Of a stretch of DNA of 64,000 nt, positions 9,645-20,769 are shown in pieces. Under the pieces are notes generated by a model. That model was given only the letters and a program-made list of their open reading frames with translations. It was not told where the DNA came from and ran no database searches. Within the stretch, counting starts at the first letter, position 1. Every line of letters begins with the position of its first letter. Position numbers and translations under genes: made by a program. This stretch comes from Alphaproteobacteria bacterium (GTDB lineage: Bacteria; Pseudomonadota; Alphaproteobacteria; RF32; CAG-239): the NCBI GenBank assembly GCA_017501665.1, contig JAFVWM010000038.1:69252-133251 (forward strand), written 5' to 3'.

Positions 9645-10565
9645 ATGCACAAAATTTTTAATTCGGTAAGCGATATGATCGGCAATACTCCTATGCTTAA
9701 AATAAATAACCTTACCCAAAGATTGGGCTTAAAAGCAAATGTCTTTGCCAAATGTGAGTTTTATAATCCGTTTTTTTCCATTAAGGATCGGGCAGGACTA
9801 AAGATTATTGAAAATGCTCTTAACCGCCAAAAAGTCGATGAGGAAACAATTTTTGTAGAGGCAACCAGCGGAAATATCGGCGTTGCCATTGCCGGTATAT
9901 GTGCTTCAAAAAATCTCAAATCACTTTTGATAATGCCGGAAAACACCTCAAAAGAAAAAATAAAAATGATAAAACATTTCGGTGCCGACGTAATTTTGAC
10001 ACCTAAAGAAGACGGCATGGACGGAGCTATTGCCAAAGCCGAAATGTTGTCCAAAAAATCTGATAAAGTTATATTATTAAAACAATTTGTTAACCAAGGT
10101 TGTGTCGACGCTCACTTATTTGGTACCGCAACCGAAATCTTAAATGATATGAGCGGAAATATTGATGTAATAATTGCTTCTGTCGGCACTTCGGCAACAT
10201 TAACGGGTGTTGCTCAGGCATTAAAAACATCTAACCCCGAATTATACACCGTGGCCGTAGAACCCAAAGAAAGTAACGTATTGAATAATGGCACGAAGGG
10301 AAACCACAAAATACATGGTATTGGTGCCGGTTTTATTCCTCCTTTGTATAAAAAAGAATTGGTCGATGAAGTCTATGATGTCTTAAGTGAAGATGCGTGG
10401 GATATGGCCAAAGCCGTTGCTCAAACAGAAGGTTTGCCTATCGGCATATCTTCAGGTGCTGTTTTTGTGGCTTGCGTTGATATAGCCTCTCGCGAAAAGT
10501 TCAAAGATAAAAATATTGTTATTATTTTACCTGATGCAATTATCAATTACTTATCCGAAATCTAA
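9645..10565 (+). CDS. cysK: Cysteine synthase / O-acetylserine sulfhydrylase (PLP-dependent).
   Basis: 'IGNTPMLKI', 'KDRAGLKII' (PLP-binding Lys context) and 'SSGA' motifs. Confidence 0.85.
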   Translation: MHKIFNSVSDMIGNTPMLKINNLTQRLGLKANVFAKCEFYNPFFSIKDRAGLKIIENALNRQKVDEETIFVEATSGNIGVAIAGICASKNLKSLLIMPENTSKEKIKMIKHFGADVILTPKEDGMDGAIAKAEMLSKKSDKVILLKQFVNQGCVDAHLFGTATEILNDMSGNIDVIIASVGTSATLTGVAQALKTSNPELYTVAVEPKESNVLNNGTKGNHKIHGIGAGFIPPLYKKELVDEVYDVLSEDAWDMAKAVAQTEGLPIGISSGAVFVACVDIASREKFKDKNIVIILPDAIINYLSEI

Positions 10566-10643
10566 ACAACTTTTCCATATTTTACTTGCAAAATACAGCT
10601 TTTTTGCATAATCTTTGATAAACAAAATAAACAGAGATTTCTT

Positions 10644-11750
10644 ATGAAACCGAATTCAATACTGGGAAAATATCTTACAAAACAACTGATATTTAATTTT
10701 ATCGGTGTTTTGCTTATAATTTTGGCCATTATCTTTTTATTTGAAATGGTCGAAAGACTTCGTCGTATATCAGGTAATCCGGATTTCGGAATATGGTTTG
10801 CTTTTCAATTGGCGGTTACCAGACTTCCTAAAACGGCCGAACAAGTATTTCCCTTTGTGATGATGATCGCCGCAATGATAACTTTTTGGCACTTGAGCAA
10901 AACCAGTGAATTTGTTGTAATGCGCGCTGCCGGATTGTCTATTTGGGGTTTTTTAACGCCGGTGTGTATTGCCACATTAATAGTAGGTATCATAAATATA
11001 ACCATGATAAATCCATTGTCTGCAAATTTGTTCAGTATGTTTGAAACGCTGGAAAGACGCATGGATACAAAAAATATGCAAGCGTTGTCCTTTACGGATC
11101 ACGGTCTTTGGATAAGAGAGGCTCTTGATAATGAAAATGTTATGGTCTTAAATGCAAAATCGCTTCACCCCGAAAACAATGAGCTTTTGCTTCGAGGCAT
11201 AACTATTATCGAAACGGATAAAAAGAATCAGCCTATAAGAAGAATAGAGTCTTTTGCCGGTATGTTAAAAGACGGTTATTTTGATCTTAGAGATGTAAAA
11301 ATATATATTGGTGGCAAACCTACCGTTTACAAAAATAATTTACAATATTCCACAAATCTTGATATACATAAAATAGAAGAAAATTTTACCGATCCTGAAG
11401 CTATTTCTTTTTGGGAACTTCCCAGAGTCATAAGTTTTTATGATAAATCTGGATTTGCTGTTGAACGTCACCAAATGCGTTTATATTCGCTGGCAATATC
11501 ACCATTATTTTTGGTTGCCATGGTTTTGATGGCGGCAGTTTTTGCGCTTCGCCCCAATAATCGTCGAGGCGGTGTTATGTATTTGGTAGCCGGCGGTATT
11601 GTTACAGGTTTTGGGGCATATTTCTTAACACAAGTTGTTTATGCTATGGGAATTAGCGGTAATATTCCGGTATTTTTGTCGGTAATGGCACCGACAACTA
11701 TTACGATGCTTATAGCAATATCGTTGCTTCTTCACTTAGAAGATGGTTGA
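10644..11750 (+). CDS. lptG: LPS export permease of the LptF/LptG (YjgP/YjgQ) family.
   Basis: 368 aa with 6 TM helices and a periplasmic beta-jellyroll insert; N-terminal 'YLTKQLIFNFIGVLL' is typical of this family. Confidence 0.7.
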   Translation: MKPNSILGKYLTKQLIFNFIGVLLIILAIIFLFEMVERLRRISGNPDFGIWFAFQLAVTRLPKTAEQVFPFVMMIAAMITFWHLSKTSEFVVMRAAGLSIWGFLTPVCIATLIVGIINITMINPLSANLFSMFETLERRMDTKNMQALSFTDHGLWIREALDNENVMVLNAKSLHPENNELLLRGITIIETDKKNQPIRRIESFAGMLKDGYFDLRDVKIYIGGKPTVYKNNLQYSTNLDIHKIEENFTDPEAISFWELPRVISFYDKSGFAVERHQMRLYSLAISPLFLVAMVLMAAVFALRPNNRRGGVMYLVAGGIVTGFGAYFLTQVVYAMGISGNIPVFLSVMAPTTITMLIAISLLLHLEDG

Positions 11751-11890
11751 TAAATTGTAAAAATTTGAGATAAGCAAAAAAAACGCTGGATTTTTATTTT
11801 TTTTATGTTATATATGCTGATATATTAGATGTGAATTATGTGAAGTGGAGCCCAAAAGCTCCGCTTTTTATTTAGCGAAAGAGAAGCGAT

Positions 11891-12394
11891 ATGCAAGAAA
11901 AACATCCTTTATATGATATGGTTGCTCCGACTATAGAAAGCATGGGGTTTGAAGTTGTCAGAATACTTTTGACCGGTACACAAAAACCGACTTTGCAAAT
12001 TATGATAGAACGTCAAGACCGCAAAAATTTGGTTGTTGATGACTGCGTAGCCGTCAGTCGTGCAGTGTCAGCCATTTTGGATGAAAAAGATCCGATAGAA
12101 AGCGAATACTCTTTGGAGGTAAGTTCTCCGGGTATTGATCGTCCGCTTACAAAACCGGAACATTTTTCTCGCTTCAGCGGATATGAGGCAAAAATAGAAA
12201 CTTCTGATTCTATTGACGGACGTAAAAGATTTAAAGGTAAAATCATTACCCTTAAAGACGATGATACAATCGTATTTTTGATGGATGAAAAAGAATACTC
12301 AATTCCTTATCATTCTGTCAGTAAAGCTAAACTTGTTTTAACCGATGAGCTATGGGATGAATACGTTGCCAATGCTCAAGAAGACGAACAATAA
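11891..12394 (+). CDS. rimP: Ribosome maturation factor RimP.
   Basis: 167 aa immediately upstream of nusA in the conserved rimP-nusA-infB order; 'LEVSSPGIDRPL' motif. Confidence 0.85.
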   Translation: MQEKHPLYDMVAPTIESMGFEVVRILLTGTQKPTLQIMIERQDRKNLVVDDCVAVSRAVSAILDEKDPIESEYSLEVSSPGIDRPLTKPEHFSRFSGYEAKIETSDSIDGRKRFKGKIITLKDDDTIVFLMDEKEYSIPYHSVSKAKLVLTDELWDEYVANAQEDEQ

Positions 12395-12433
12395 ATTTTG
12401 TACTAACCTTAATTTGAATATTTAGAGGAAAAA

Positions 12434-13951
12434 ATGCAAACACAAGAAAATATGCCAAGACCTGAAATAATTTTGGTTGCAGACACCGTAGCCAGAGAAA
12501 AGAATATTGATAAAGAAGATGTTTTTGAAGCAATGGAAGTTGCCATTCAAAAATCAGCTCGTTCAAAATATGGTGCAGAACACGATATCAGAGCGCATAT
12601 TGACAGAAAGACAGGGGCAATTTCACTTGCACGTTATCGTGAAGTTATTGCAGATGATGCAACTAAAGAAAATGAAACAACTCAACTTTTCTTAGATGAA
12701 GCTCAAGCTTATGACGAAAATATAAAGGTAGGCGAATTTATTGTTGATGCTCTTCCGCCGATTGATTTCGGACGTATTGCCGCACAAACAGCAAAACAAG
12801 TTATTGTTCAAAAGGTTCGTGATGCCGAACGCAACAAACAATTTGAAGAATACAGAGAAAAAATAGGTACAATTATTAACGGAACAGTTAAACGTGTTGA
12901 ATTTAACAGTATTTCTGTTGATATCGGCAAAACGGAAGCAGTATTACGTCGTGAAGAAATAATACCTAAAGAAAAATTTAAGGTCGGTGACAGAATCAGA
13001 GCTTATGTTCTCGATGTAAGAAGAGAAAGCAAGGGGCCACAGATCTTCTTATCACGTACATGTCCCGAATTTTTAACTAAATTATTTACGTCAGAAGTTC
13101 CTGAAATTTATGACGGTATTATTCAAATTATGGGCGTTGCTCGTGATCCCGGTTCAAAAGCCAAGATATCTGTTAAAACAGACGATGTTACCGTAGATGC
13201 CGTAGGTTCTTGTGTGGGTTTAAGAGGAATTCGCGTTCAAGCAGTTACTAATGAATTGCAAGGTGAAAGAATTGACATTGTCCCTTATTCTGAAGACAAA
13301 GCTCAATACATGGTTTCAGCACTTTCTCCGGCCGAAGTTACTAAAGTTGTAATCGATGAAGAAAATAATCGTATTGAGGCAGTGGTTCCTCAAGAACAAT
13401 TCTCATTGGCTATCGGTCGTCGCGGTCAAAATGTCAGATTGGCTTCTTTATTGCTCGGTTGTGATATTGATGTTTTGACCGAAGAGCAAGAACAAGAGCG
13501 TCGTTCTAACGAAAATAAAGTTCGTTCACAGAGATTTATGGAAGCTTTGGACGTTGATGAAATGATTGCTCATTTGTTAATTGCCGAAGGCTTCTCCAAT
13601 GTTGATGAAGTGGCTATGGTTGATTTGAGCGAATTGGCCGAAATAGAAGGTTTTGATGATGATGTTGCTCAAGAGTTGCAAAAAAGAGCGAAAGAATATG
13701 TCGAAAACCGTAACAAAGAATTTGAAAAGAAGAGCAAATCGTTGGGCATTGATGAAAAGCTTCAGGCTATTGAAGGCTTAGACAAAGATATGCTTTTGGC
13801 TCTTGCCAATGCAAATATCCGCAATGTTGACGATTTAGGTGACTTGGCAACCGATGAGCTTATAGAAATATTAGGTGAAAACACTTTGTCTGTTAAAGAA
13901 GCAGAAAAAGTTATCATGGCTGCTCGTGCTCACTGGTTTGAAGAAGAGTAA
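12434..13951 (+). CDS. nusA: Transcription termination/antitermination factor NusA.
   Basis: S1 and KH domains ('IDIGKTEAVL', 'GSCVGLRGIRVQAVTNEL') and a C-terminal acidic repeat region. Confidence 0.95.
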   Translation: MQTQENMPRPEIILVADTVAREKNIDKEDVFEAMEVAIQKSARSKYGAEHDIRAHIDRKTGAISLARYREVIADDATKENETTQLFLDEAQAYDENIKVGEFIVDALPPIDFGRIAAQTAKQVIVQKVRDAERNKQFEEYREKIGTIINGTVKRVEFNSISVDIGKTEAVLRREEIIPKEKFKVGDRIRAYVLDVRRESKGPQIFLSRTCPEFLTKLFTSEVPEIYDGIIQIMGVARDPGSKAKISVKTDDVTVDAVGSCVGLRGIRVQAVTNELQGERIDIVPYSEDKAQYMVSALSPAEVTKVVIDEENNRIEAVVPQEQFSLAIGRRGQNVRLASLLLGCDIDVLTEEQEQERRSNENKVRSQRFMEALDVDEMIAHLLIAEGFSNVDEVAMVDLSELAEIEGFDDDVAQELQKRAKEYVENRNKEFEKKSKSLGIDEKLQAIEGLDKDMLLALANANIRNVDDLGDLATDELIEILGENTLSVKEAEKVIMAARAHWFEEE

Positions 13952-13960
13952 CAATCCTTT

Positions 13961-13997
13961 GATTAACCGGAAAGTATTGTTGCTTTCCGGTTAATCA
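13961..13997 (+). promoter_or_regulatory. Perfect 14-bp stem-loop between nusA and ylxR, followed by A8 rather than a T-tract; attenuator/processing-type hairpin.
   Basis: 'gattaaccggaaag' ... 'ctttccggttaatc'. Confidence 0.4.
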
Positions 13998-14016
13998 AAA
14001 AAAACGGAATAAACAA

Positions 14017-14586
14017 ATGAAAAGAGAAACGACCAGAAAATGTATTGTAACCGGAGAAATTCTCGAAAAAGAGAGTTTGTTGCGTTTTGTTGTGCTTCCT
14101 GACAATACAATCGTTCCCGATTTCAAAAAAAAGCTTAACGGTAAGGGTATTTATGTAAAAAACTCCAAAAGTTCTTTGGAAAAAGCCATAAAATCCAATC
14201 TGTTCGGCAAGGCTGTTAAAAAAAATGTAAAAGCAAACTTTGAGCTTATTGAACAAGTAGAGATCTTGCTTTTCAAACAAGCTCTAAGCTCCATTTCTCT
14301 GGCTCGTAAAGCCGGTGCAATGGTTTCCGGCATGGATAAAGTGAAAGAAGCTTTGAAAAAAAACAATGTTGCTTTTTTGCTCGAGGCTCAAGATGCCGGA
14401 GCTGACGGCCACAATAAAATTGTATCATTGGCCAAAAATATTGAAGTTTTTAATTTGTTTAAGATTGAGGAGTTAGACAAAGAATTAGCAAAAGAAAATA
14501 CTGTTCATTTAGCCTTTATCAAAGGCACCATGGCAAATTCGGTTAGAGAAACGTTCGTTCGACTAACCTCATACTTAAACAACTAA
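14017..14586 (+). CDS. ylxR: YlxR (DUF448) RNA-binding protein fused to an L7Ae-like domain.
   Basis: N-terminal 'RKCIVTGEILEKESLLRFVV...GKGIYV' is YlxR-like; C-terminal 'ISLARKAGAMVSG...VAFLLEAQDAG' is L7Ae-like. It sits between nusA and infB. Confidence 0.8.
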   Translation: MKRETTRKCIVTGEILEKESLLRFVVLPDNTIVPDFKKKLNGKGIYVKNSKSSLEKAIKSNLFGKAVKKNVKANFELIEQVEILLFKQALSSISLARKAGAMVSGMDKVKEALKKNNVAFLLEAQDAGADGHNKIVSLAKNIEVFNLFKIEELDKELAKENTVHLAFIKGTMANSVRETFVRLTSYLNN

Positions 14587-14610
14587 ATATAAAAAACGGA
14601 GTAATAATAT

Positions 14611-17103
14611 ATGACAGAAGATAATGCAAAAAAGAAATTAACATTATCAGGAAAATCTACCCTAACACTAAAATTAGGCAGTACACCTAAATCATCAAAT
14701 GACGGCAAAAAAATGATTCAGGTTGAAGTGAGAAAAAAGAGAATTATCGGCCAAAATGTTGAACAAAAGGTTCAAAAACCTCAAATCGACGAAGAAACGG
14801 CTGCAAAATTAAAACTTATTGCCGAAGCCAAAGAGTTTGACAACAAGCGTCGTCAAGAGGAAGAAGAACGTAATGTACAAAGACAAAAAATTAAAGAAGA
14901 AGAGCTAAAAAAACTTAGAGAAAAAGAAGAAGAGAAAAGAATTGCCGAAGAAAAAGCTCAAGAGGAAGCTTTGAAAGTTCAAGAAGAAGCAGAAAAAGCT
15001 CAACAAGAAGCTTTGATTGCTTCTCAAAACGAAGTTGAAAATAAAGCTCTAAATAAATTCAAAGAACGTCAAAAACGCTCTTTCGACGATGATGACGACG
15101 ATGATGATGTAATATCTCGTCACTCTAGTAACAAAAAGCCTGTTTCAAAAGAAGATGTGTTTGAACAGGAACGCAAAAAGCAAATAACCAAACGTTCTTT
15201 TGAACCGCAACGTCGCTCAGGAAAAGTCAGTATTCATAATATCGGAACCGATGATGACGACGATGATTACGGGTTTGGAGCTCCGAGGCGCAGGTTCAAG
15301 AAAAAGCAACCCAAACCTGTTGTTCAAGTTGCGCCGACCGAAAAAGTTATTAAAGAAGTTATTATCCCCGAGATTATAACTGTTCAAGAGCTGGCAAACC
15401 GTATGGCTGAAAAATCTGCCGAAGTTATTAAAAAACTGATGTCTTTAGGCGTTATGGCTACTATCAACCAACCGATTGACGCTGATACCGCTCAAATTAT
15501 TGTTGAAGAATTCGGTCACAAATTTAAACGTGTTGCCGACAGTGATGTTGAAGAAGGTTTGTATAAAGAAGACGACACGCCGGAGCAACTATTACCTCGC
15601 GCGCCGGTTGTTACCGTTATGGGACACGTTGATCATGGTAAAACATCATTACTTGATGCTCTTCGTGAAACCAATGTAGTAGCTCGTGAAGCCGGCGGTA
15701 TTACTCAGCATATAGGAGCTTATCAGATTACCGTTCCTTCCGGCGATAAAATTACCTTTATTGATACCCCAGGTCACGAAGCTTTTTCTGAAATGCGTGC
15801 TCGAGGTGCAAAAGTTACCGATATTGTGGTGTTGGTTGTTGCTGCCAATGATGGTATTATGCCTCAGACCATTGAAGCCATTCGTCATGCCCAAGCGGCT
15901 GAAGTGCCAATTGTTGTAGCAATTAACAAAATCGACTTACCGGCAGCTGATCCGATGAAAGTTAAAACATCGTTATTGCAACACGGTATCGGTGTCGAAG
16001 AAATGGGGGGCGAATGCTTATGTGCCGAAGTTTCTGCAAAAAAACGCATAAACATCGATAAATTGGTTGATGCTATTTTACTTCAAGCTGAAGTGCTTGA
16101 CCTAAAAGCTAATCCCGATCGCAAGGGCGAAGGAGTGGTTGTCGAAGCTAAAATGGAAAAAGGTCGCGGTACTGTCGTTACAGCCTTGGTTCAAAAAGGT
16201 ACATTAAAAGTCGGTGATGTTGTTATTGCCGGCAAAGAATGGGGACACGTTCGCGCTATGTTTAATGAACATGGTCAAAAAATGCCAGAAGCAGGACCTG
16301 CAACTCCTGTTGAGATTTTAGGTTTGCAAGGAACTCCGTCTGCCGGAGATGATATCATCGCTGTTGCGGATGAAAGCAAAGCTAAAGAAATCACAGGATA
16401 CCGTATCCGTAAAGAACGTGAAGCAAAATTGGTTAAATCAGCTAAATCAGCTATGGAACAAATGCTTGATAAAATTAAATCAGGCGAAGTTAAAAACCTG
16501 CCGATTATTATCAAAGCTGACGTTCAGGGTTCTATTGAGGCTATTGAAGGTACTGTTTCAAAACTTTCCAACGATGAAGTTAAGGTTCAAATATTACACT
16601 CTGCCGTTGGCGGTATATCGGAATCAGATGTTACCTTGGCTAAGGCATCAAATGCTTTGATTATAGGTTTTAACGTTCGTGCTAATGCCCAAGCCAGAGA
16701 TATGGCTCGCCGTGACGGTGTCGAAATTAAATATTACTCGATTATCTACGATGTATTAGACGACATTAAAAAAGGTTTGGAAGGTATGTTATCACCGGAA
16801 CTTCGTGAAAAATTACTCGGTTATGCCGAAATTCGTGAAGTTTATAACATTACAGGTGTCGGTAAAGTCGGCGGTTGTATGATTACCGAGGGCTTGGTAA
16901 AACGTGGTGCTAAAATCCGTTTGTTGCGTGATAACGTGGTTATTCATGACGGTGCTATCGGACAACTTAAGCGCTTCAAAGAAGATGTTAAAGAAGTAAA
17001 AGAAGGCTTTGAATGCGGTATTTCGTTTGAAAATTATAATGATATTCAAAAAGGCGACTTTATTGAATGTTATGAGATTGAAGAAATCGCCGCCAAATTG
17101 TAA
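14611..17103 (+). CDS. infB: Translation initiation factor IF-2.
   Basis: G-domain motifs 'GHVDHGKTSLLD', 'DTPGH' and 'NKID'. The N-terminal region is long and charged with poly-Asp tracts. Confidence 0.95.
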   Translation: MTEDNAKKKLTLSGKSTLTLKLGSTPKSSNDGKKMIQVEVRKKRIIGQNVEQKVQKPQIDEETAAKLKLIAEAKEFDNKRRQEEEERNVQRQKIKEEELKKLREKEEEKRIAEEKAQEEALKVQEEAEKAQQEALIASQNEVENKALNKFKERQKRSFDDDDDDDDVISRHSSNKKPVSKEDVFEQERKKQITKRSFEPQRRSGKVSIHNIGTDDDDDDYGFGAPRRRFKKKQPKPVVQVAPTEKVIKEVIIPEIITVQELANRMAEKSAEVIKKLMSLGVMATINQPIDADTAQIIVEEFGHKFKRVADSDVEEGLYKEDDTPEQLLPRAPVVTVMGHVDHGKTSLLDALRETNVVAREAGGITQHIGAYQITVPSGDKITFIDTPGHEAFSEMRARGAKVTDIVVLVVAANDGIMPQTIEAIRHAQAAEVPIVVAINKIDLPAADPMKVKTSLLQHGIGVEEMGGECLCAEVSAKKRINIDKLVDAILLQAEVLDLKANPDRKGEGVVVEAKMEKGRGTVVTALVQKGTLKVGDVVIAGKEWGHVRAMFNEHGQKMPEAGPATPVEILGLQGTPSAGDDIIAVADESKAKEITGYRIRKEREAKLVKSAKSAMEQMLDKIKSGEVKNLPIIIKADVQGSIEAIEGTVSKLSNDEVKVQILHSAVGGISESDVTLAKASNALIIGFNVRANAQARDMARRDGVEIKYYSIIYDVLDDIKKGLEGMLSPELREKLLGYAEIREVYNITGVGKVGGCMITEGLVKRGAKIRLLRDNVVIHDGAIGQLKRFKEDVKEVKEGFECGISFENYNDIQKGDFIECYEIEEIAAKL

Positions 17104-17147
17104 TAATAGCAAGCAAAATAATAAAATACTTTGCTATGAATGATAAA

Positions 17148-17182
17148 ATAAAAACACCTCTTTTTTTAAGAGGTGTTTTTAA
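17148..17182. terminator. Bidirectional intrinsic terminator between convergent infB and pnp.
   Basis: 'aaaaacacctct-tttttta-agaggtgttttt'. Confidence 0.6.
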
Positions 17183-17199
17183 TTGCAATATAGAAGATA

Positions 17200-19320
17200 T
17201 TATTGTTCTAAATCTTCGCCTGTTTCTTGGTTTACTCTTTTGGCAGAAAGTTTAATCTTGCCACGATTATCGGCGCCAAGACATTTAACCCAAATTTGAT
17301 CACCTTCTTTATAGAAATCAGAAACAGAGGCAATACGCTCATTTTTGACTTCGGAAATGTGAACCAAACCTTCGGTTGTGCCGAGGAAGCGTACAAATGC
17401 ACCAAAGTCCATAATTTTGGTAATGGTACCATGATAAATTTTGCCCATTTCCGGTTCGGCAACAATACCCATAATCCACTCTAATGCGGCATCGCCGTCT
17501 TCTTTTTTCATCGAAGCGATTTTTACAACGCCGTCATCGGTAATATCAATCTTGGTGTGAGTGGTTTCGACAATCTCACGAATTACCTTACCACCTGTTC
17601 CGATAACTTCACGAATTTTGTCAGTCGGAATTTTAATAGCAACAATGCGAGGAGCTTTGTCTGAAACAGTTGGTCTGGGTTCGGCAATAGCTTTAGCCAT
17701 TTCGCCAAGAATATGGATACGACCTTCGTGTGCTTGATGAAGAGCTTTTTCCATAATCTCCTTAGTAATAGATGTAATTTTGATATCCATTTGAAGTGCG
17801 GTTACACCGTCTTTTGTTCCGGCTACTTTGAAGTCCATGTCGCCGAGGTGGTCTTCGTCACCTAAGATATCGGTCAAAACAGCTACTCGGCCATCATCTT
17901 CTTTGATCAAGCCCATGGCAATACCGGCAACGGGTTTTATCATCGGAACACCGGCCGACATTAAGGACATGGTGGTACCGCAAACAGTGGCCATAGAAGA
18001 AGAACCGTTTGATTCCATAATTTCGGATACGACACGAATGGTGTATGGAAAGGCGTCTTTGTCCTTTGGCATCATAGGGTGAATAGCTCGCCAAGCTAAT
18101 TTTCCGTGACCGATTTCACGACGTCCGGGCGAACCTAAACGACCGCATTCGCCAACCGAAAACGGTGGAAAGTTATAGTTTAGCATAAAGTCTTGTTTTG
18201 CTTCATCAAATAAGCCGTCGATAATTTGTGCGTCTTCGCCGGTACCTAAAGTCGTAACCACCAGAGCTTGTGTTTCGCCACGGGTAAATAAGGCAGAGCC
18301 ATGAGCAGTGGGCAGAATATCTACTTGGCAAGAAATGGGACGAACGGTTTTAGTGTCACGTCCGTCGATGCGACGGCCGGTGGTCAAAACTTTTTCACGA
18401 ACTACCTTGTGCATCAATTTTTCAATAACATCAAGGATGTAGCGGTTTTCAAATTCGTTTTCGGGGTCAATAGTTGCTTTTACTTCTTCGGAAACTTGAC
18501 CAACCAAAGTGCCACGAGCAAGTTTGTTAGTTTCTTCAAAAGCTTTGGCATATTTTGCTTCAAACTCTTTTTCAACGCGGGCGTATAATTCGTCAAATTC
18601 GGCCGGAAATACAGGAGCTTCCCATTGTTCTTTGCCTGCTTCTTTTTTCAGCTCGTTAATCATATCAATAACCGGTTGGAAGCTTTCAAAACCGAACATT
18701 ACAGCACCGAGCATGGTTTCTTCAGATAATTCATTGGCCTCTGATTCCACCATTAAAACACCTTCTTTAGTGCCGGCAACAGCCAATTCCAATTCAGAAG
18801 AGGGTTGTTGATCCATAGTCGGATTTAAGATGTATTGACCGTCTTTGTAACCTACTTTAGCGGCACCGATAGGTCCTAAGAACGGAATGCCCGAAACAGC
18901 CAATGCGGCAGAAGCGGCAATCATTGATACAACATCAGAATCGGTTTGTTTGTCGTGAGCCAAAACGGTACATACAACTTGAACTTCGTTTTTGAAGGCA
19001 TCGGGGAAAAGAGGGCGAATTGGTCTGTCAATAAGACGAGAAATGAGAACTTCACGTTCGGAAGGCTTGCCTTCTCTTTTCATAAAACCACCGGGGATTT
19101 TTCCGGAAGCATAGTATTTTTCTTGATAGTTAACTGTCAAAGGAAAGAAATCTTGATCCGCCTTTACCTCTTTTGCGGCACAAACCGTACCATGAACTAT
19201 TGTTTCACCATATGTGACAATAACCGAACCGGCGGCTTGTCTTGAAATTTTACCTGTTTCGAGAATGAGTTTTCTTCCGCCCCATTCCATTTCTTTGCGG
19301 ATTTCATTAAATTCGATCAT
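17200..19320 (-). CDS. pnp: Polynucleotide phosphorylase.
   Basis: 706 aa with two RNase PH domains plus KH and S1 domains ('GKVIREI', '[35 protein letters not shown]'). Confidence 0.95.
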   Translation of the reverse strand: MIEFNEIRKEMEWGGRKLILETGKISRQAAGSVIVTYGETIVHGTVCAAKEVKADQDFFPLTVNYQEKYYASGKIPGGFMKREGKPSEREVLISRLIDRPIRPLFPDAFKNEVQVVCTVLAHDKQTDSDVVSMIAASAALAVSGIPFLGPIGAAKVGYKDGQYILNPTMDQQPSSELELAVAGTKEGVLMVESEANELSEETMLGAVMFGFESFQPVIDMINELKKEAGKEQWEAPVFPAEFDELYARVEKEFEAKYAKAFEETNKLARGTLVGQVSEEVKATIDPENEFENRYILDVIEKLMHKVVREKVLTTGRRIDGRDTKTVRPISCQVDILPTAHGSALFTRGETQALVVTTLGTGEDAQIIDGLFDEAKQDFMLNYNFPPFSVGECGRLGSPGRREIGHGKLAWRAIHPMMPKDKDAFPYTIRVVSEIMESNGSSSMATVCGTTMSLMSAGVPMIKPVAGIAMGLIKEDDGRVAVLTDILGDEDHLGDMDFKVAGTKDGVTALQMDIKITSITKEIMEKALHQAHEGRIHILGEMAKAIAEPRPTVSDKAPRIVAIKIPTDKIREVIGTGGKVIREIVETTHTKIDITDDGVVKIASMKKEDGDAALEWIMGIVAEPEMGKIYHGTITKIMDFGAFVRFLGTTEGLVHISEVKNERIASVSDFYKEGDQIWVKCLGADNRGKIKLSAKRVNQETGEDLEQ

Positions 19321-19388
19321 ATTTCTTTACCTTTCATTTTCCATATAACCTCTACCTGCCCATGCAGGATTTTGTTCTTTCTTTAACA

Positions 19389-19421
19389 GCTTGCGGAGCT
19401 TTTTATATAAGCTCCGCAAGC
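19389..19421 (-). promoter_or_regulatory. 11-bp perfect stem-loop in the rpsO-pnp intergenic region, a candidate pnp-leader processing hairpin or rpsO terminator.
   Basis: 'gcttgcggagc-tttttatataa-gctccgcaagc'. An RNase III site in the pnp leader is established for E. coli; here it is inference only. Confidence 0.4.
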
Positions 19422-19438
19422 TGAGGAATGTTCAAAAA

Positions 19439-19708
19439 TTATCTTCTGATATTTAATTTAGAGATAATATTTTGATATCTTGATTCGTCTTTTGACTTTA
19501 AGTAGTCAAGCAAGTGACGACGACGAGCAACTTTTTTCATCAAGCCGAGACGTGAGTGATTGTCTTTGGCGTGAATTTTGAAGTGTTCGATCAAATTGTT
19601 GATTTCGGCAGTCCAAATAGCAATTTGAACTTCCGGAGAACCTGTGTCATTAGCGCTTAGACCATAAGCTTTTACTAATTCTTGTTTTTTTTCATTAGAA
19701 ATCGACAT
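19439..19708 (-). CDS. rpsO: 30S ribosomal protein S15.
   Basis: '[16 protein letters not shown]...RRHLLDYL' is typical of S15. The start is taken at the MSIS methionine. Confidence 0.9.
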   Translation of the reverse strand: MSISNEKKQELVKAYGLSANDTGSPEVQIAIWTAEINNLIEHFKIHAKDNHSRLGLMKKVARRRHLLDYLKSKDESRYQNIISKLNIRR

Positions 19709-19729
19709 CTGTTTTTCCTTATACAAAAT

Positions 19730-20641
19730 TTATTTTAAGTTAAACACGCGAATCGGTGAAATTTTACTTTCCTCAATTCGTACCAAGGCAACCGCTTCGT
19801 TGTTGTATGTGGCTATCACGTCTTGACCGACAATGTTTGTAATGTCATAGGTCTTTGGTGATATCTTTTGCCCCATACGAAGTTTAGTTGCGTCTTCTTC
19901 CCGTACGGCAATCACCGTGATGTCGCACAGTGATGTCAAAAGAGGAAGTAGTTGACTTTGGCGCTCGCCAATATAACTCATATTTTTTAAATTTTCCAGC
20001 AAAATCGTATGTGAGAGGTCAAATTTTGCGCATTTTGTGCGTCTTAGAGCCGTTAAATGACCGAAAGTTGAGAGCTTTTTGGCAATATCGGCGCCAAGTG
20101 TGCGGACATAGGTGCCTTTGGAACACAAAACTTTGAACTTGTATTCTTCGGCAGAGAGAATCGATAAAAGTTCTAATTCATATATTTCGATTTGACGTTC
20201 GGGAATGCTTATATCTTGACCTTTTCTGGCTAAATCATAGGCGCGTTGGCCATTGATTTTTATGGCAGAATAAGCGGGCGGAATTTGAGTTATTTGGCCG
20301 ATAAATTGGGGTAATATATTTAAGATTTCGTCTTTGCTCGGAATTTTGCCGCCACTTTGGGTAATGTTTCCGGTTAAATCTAAGGTGTCGGTGCTTGAGC
20401 CAAACTTTAAGGTAAATTCATATTCTTTGGTTCCGTCGGTAACATAGGGAATTAGCTTGGTTGCTTCACCGAAAGCTATGGGTAAAACACCGGTGGCAAA
20501 CGGATCTAAAGTGCCGGTGTGCCCATTTTTATTTGCATTGAGTAAACGGCGAGTTTGATTGACAACATCGGTAGAACCAATGCCTTCTTGTTTGTCGATT
20601 ATCAACCAACCGTTAATAGAATCGCCTTTATGTTTTCCCAT
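19730..20641 (-). CDS. truB: tRNA pseudouridine(55) synthase.
   Basis: 'GHTGTLDPFATGVLPI' is the catalytic Asp motif. Confidence 0.9.
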   Translation of the reverse strand: MGKHKGDSINGWLIIDKQEGIGSTDVVNQTRRLLNANKNGHTGTLDPFATGVLPIAFGEATKLIPYVTDGTKEYEFTLKFGSSTDTLDLTGNITQSGGKIPSKDEILNILPQFIGQITQIPPAYSAIKINGQRAYDLARKGQDISIPERQIEIYELELLSILSAEEYKFKVLCSKGTYVRTLGADIAKKLSTFGHLTALRRTKCAKFDLSHTILLENLKNMSYIGERQSQLLPLLTSLCDITVIAVREEDATKLRMGQKISPKTYDITNIVGQDVIATYNNEAVALVRIEESKISPIRVFNLK

Positions 20642-20769
20642 ATTGTTTCCTTTGTAAATTTGATTATTTGATATGTGAATTTATCAAATAAGTCAAGATA
20701 GGTCGAAAATGCTTGCTAAATAGCCGTTTTGTGAATATAATCCGTTTATATGATATAAGGAGAAAAATT

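Noticed and set aside
16275-16660. Overlapping small ORFs within infB (16275..16514 minus; 16349..16660 plus)
   Set aside because: They sit inside the highly conserved infB coding region and are alternative-frame artefacts.
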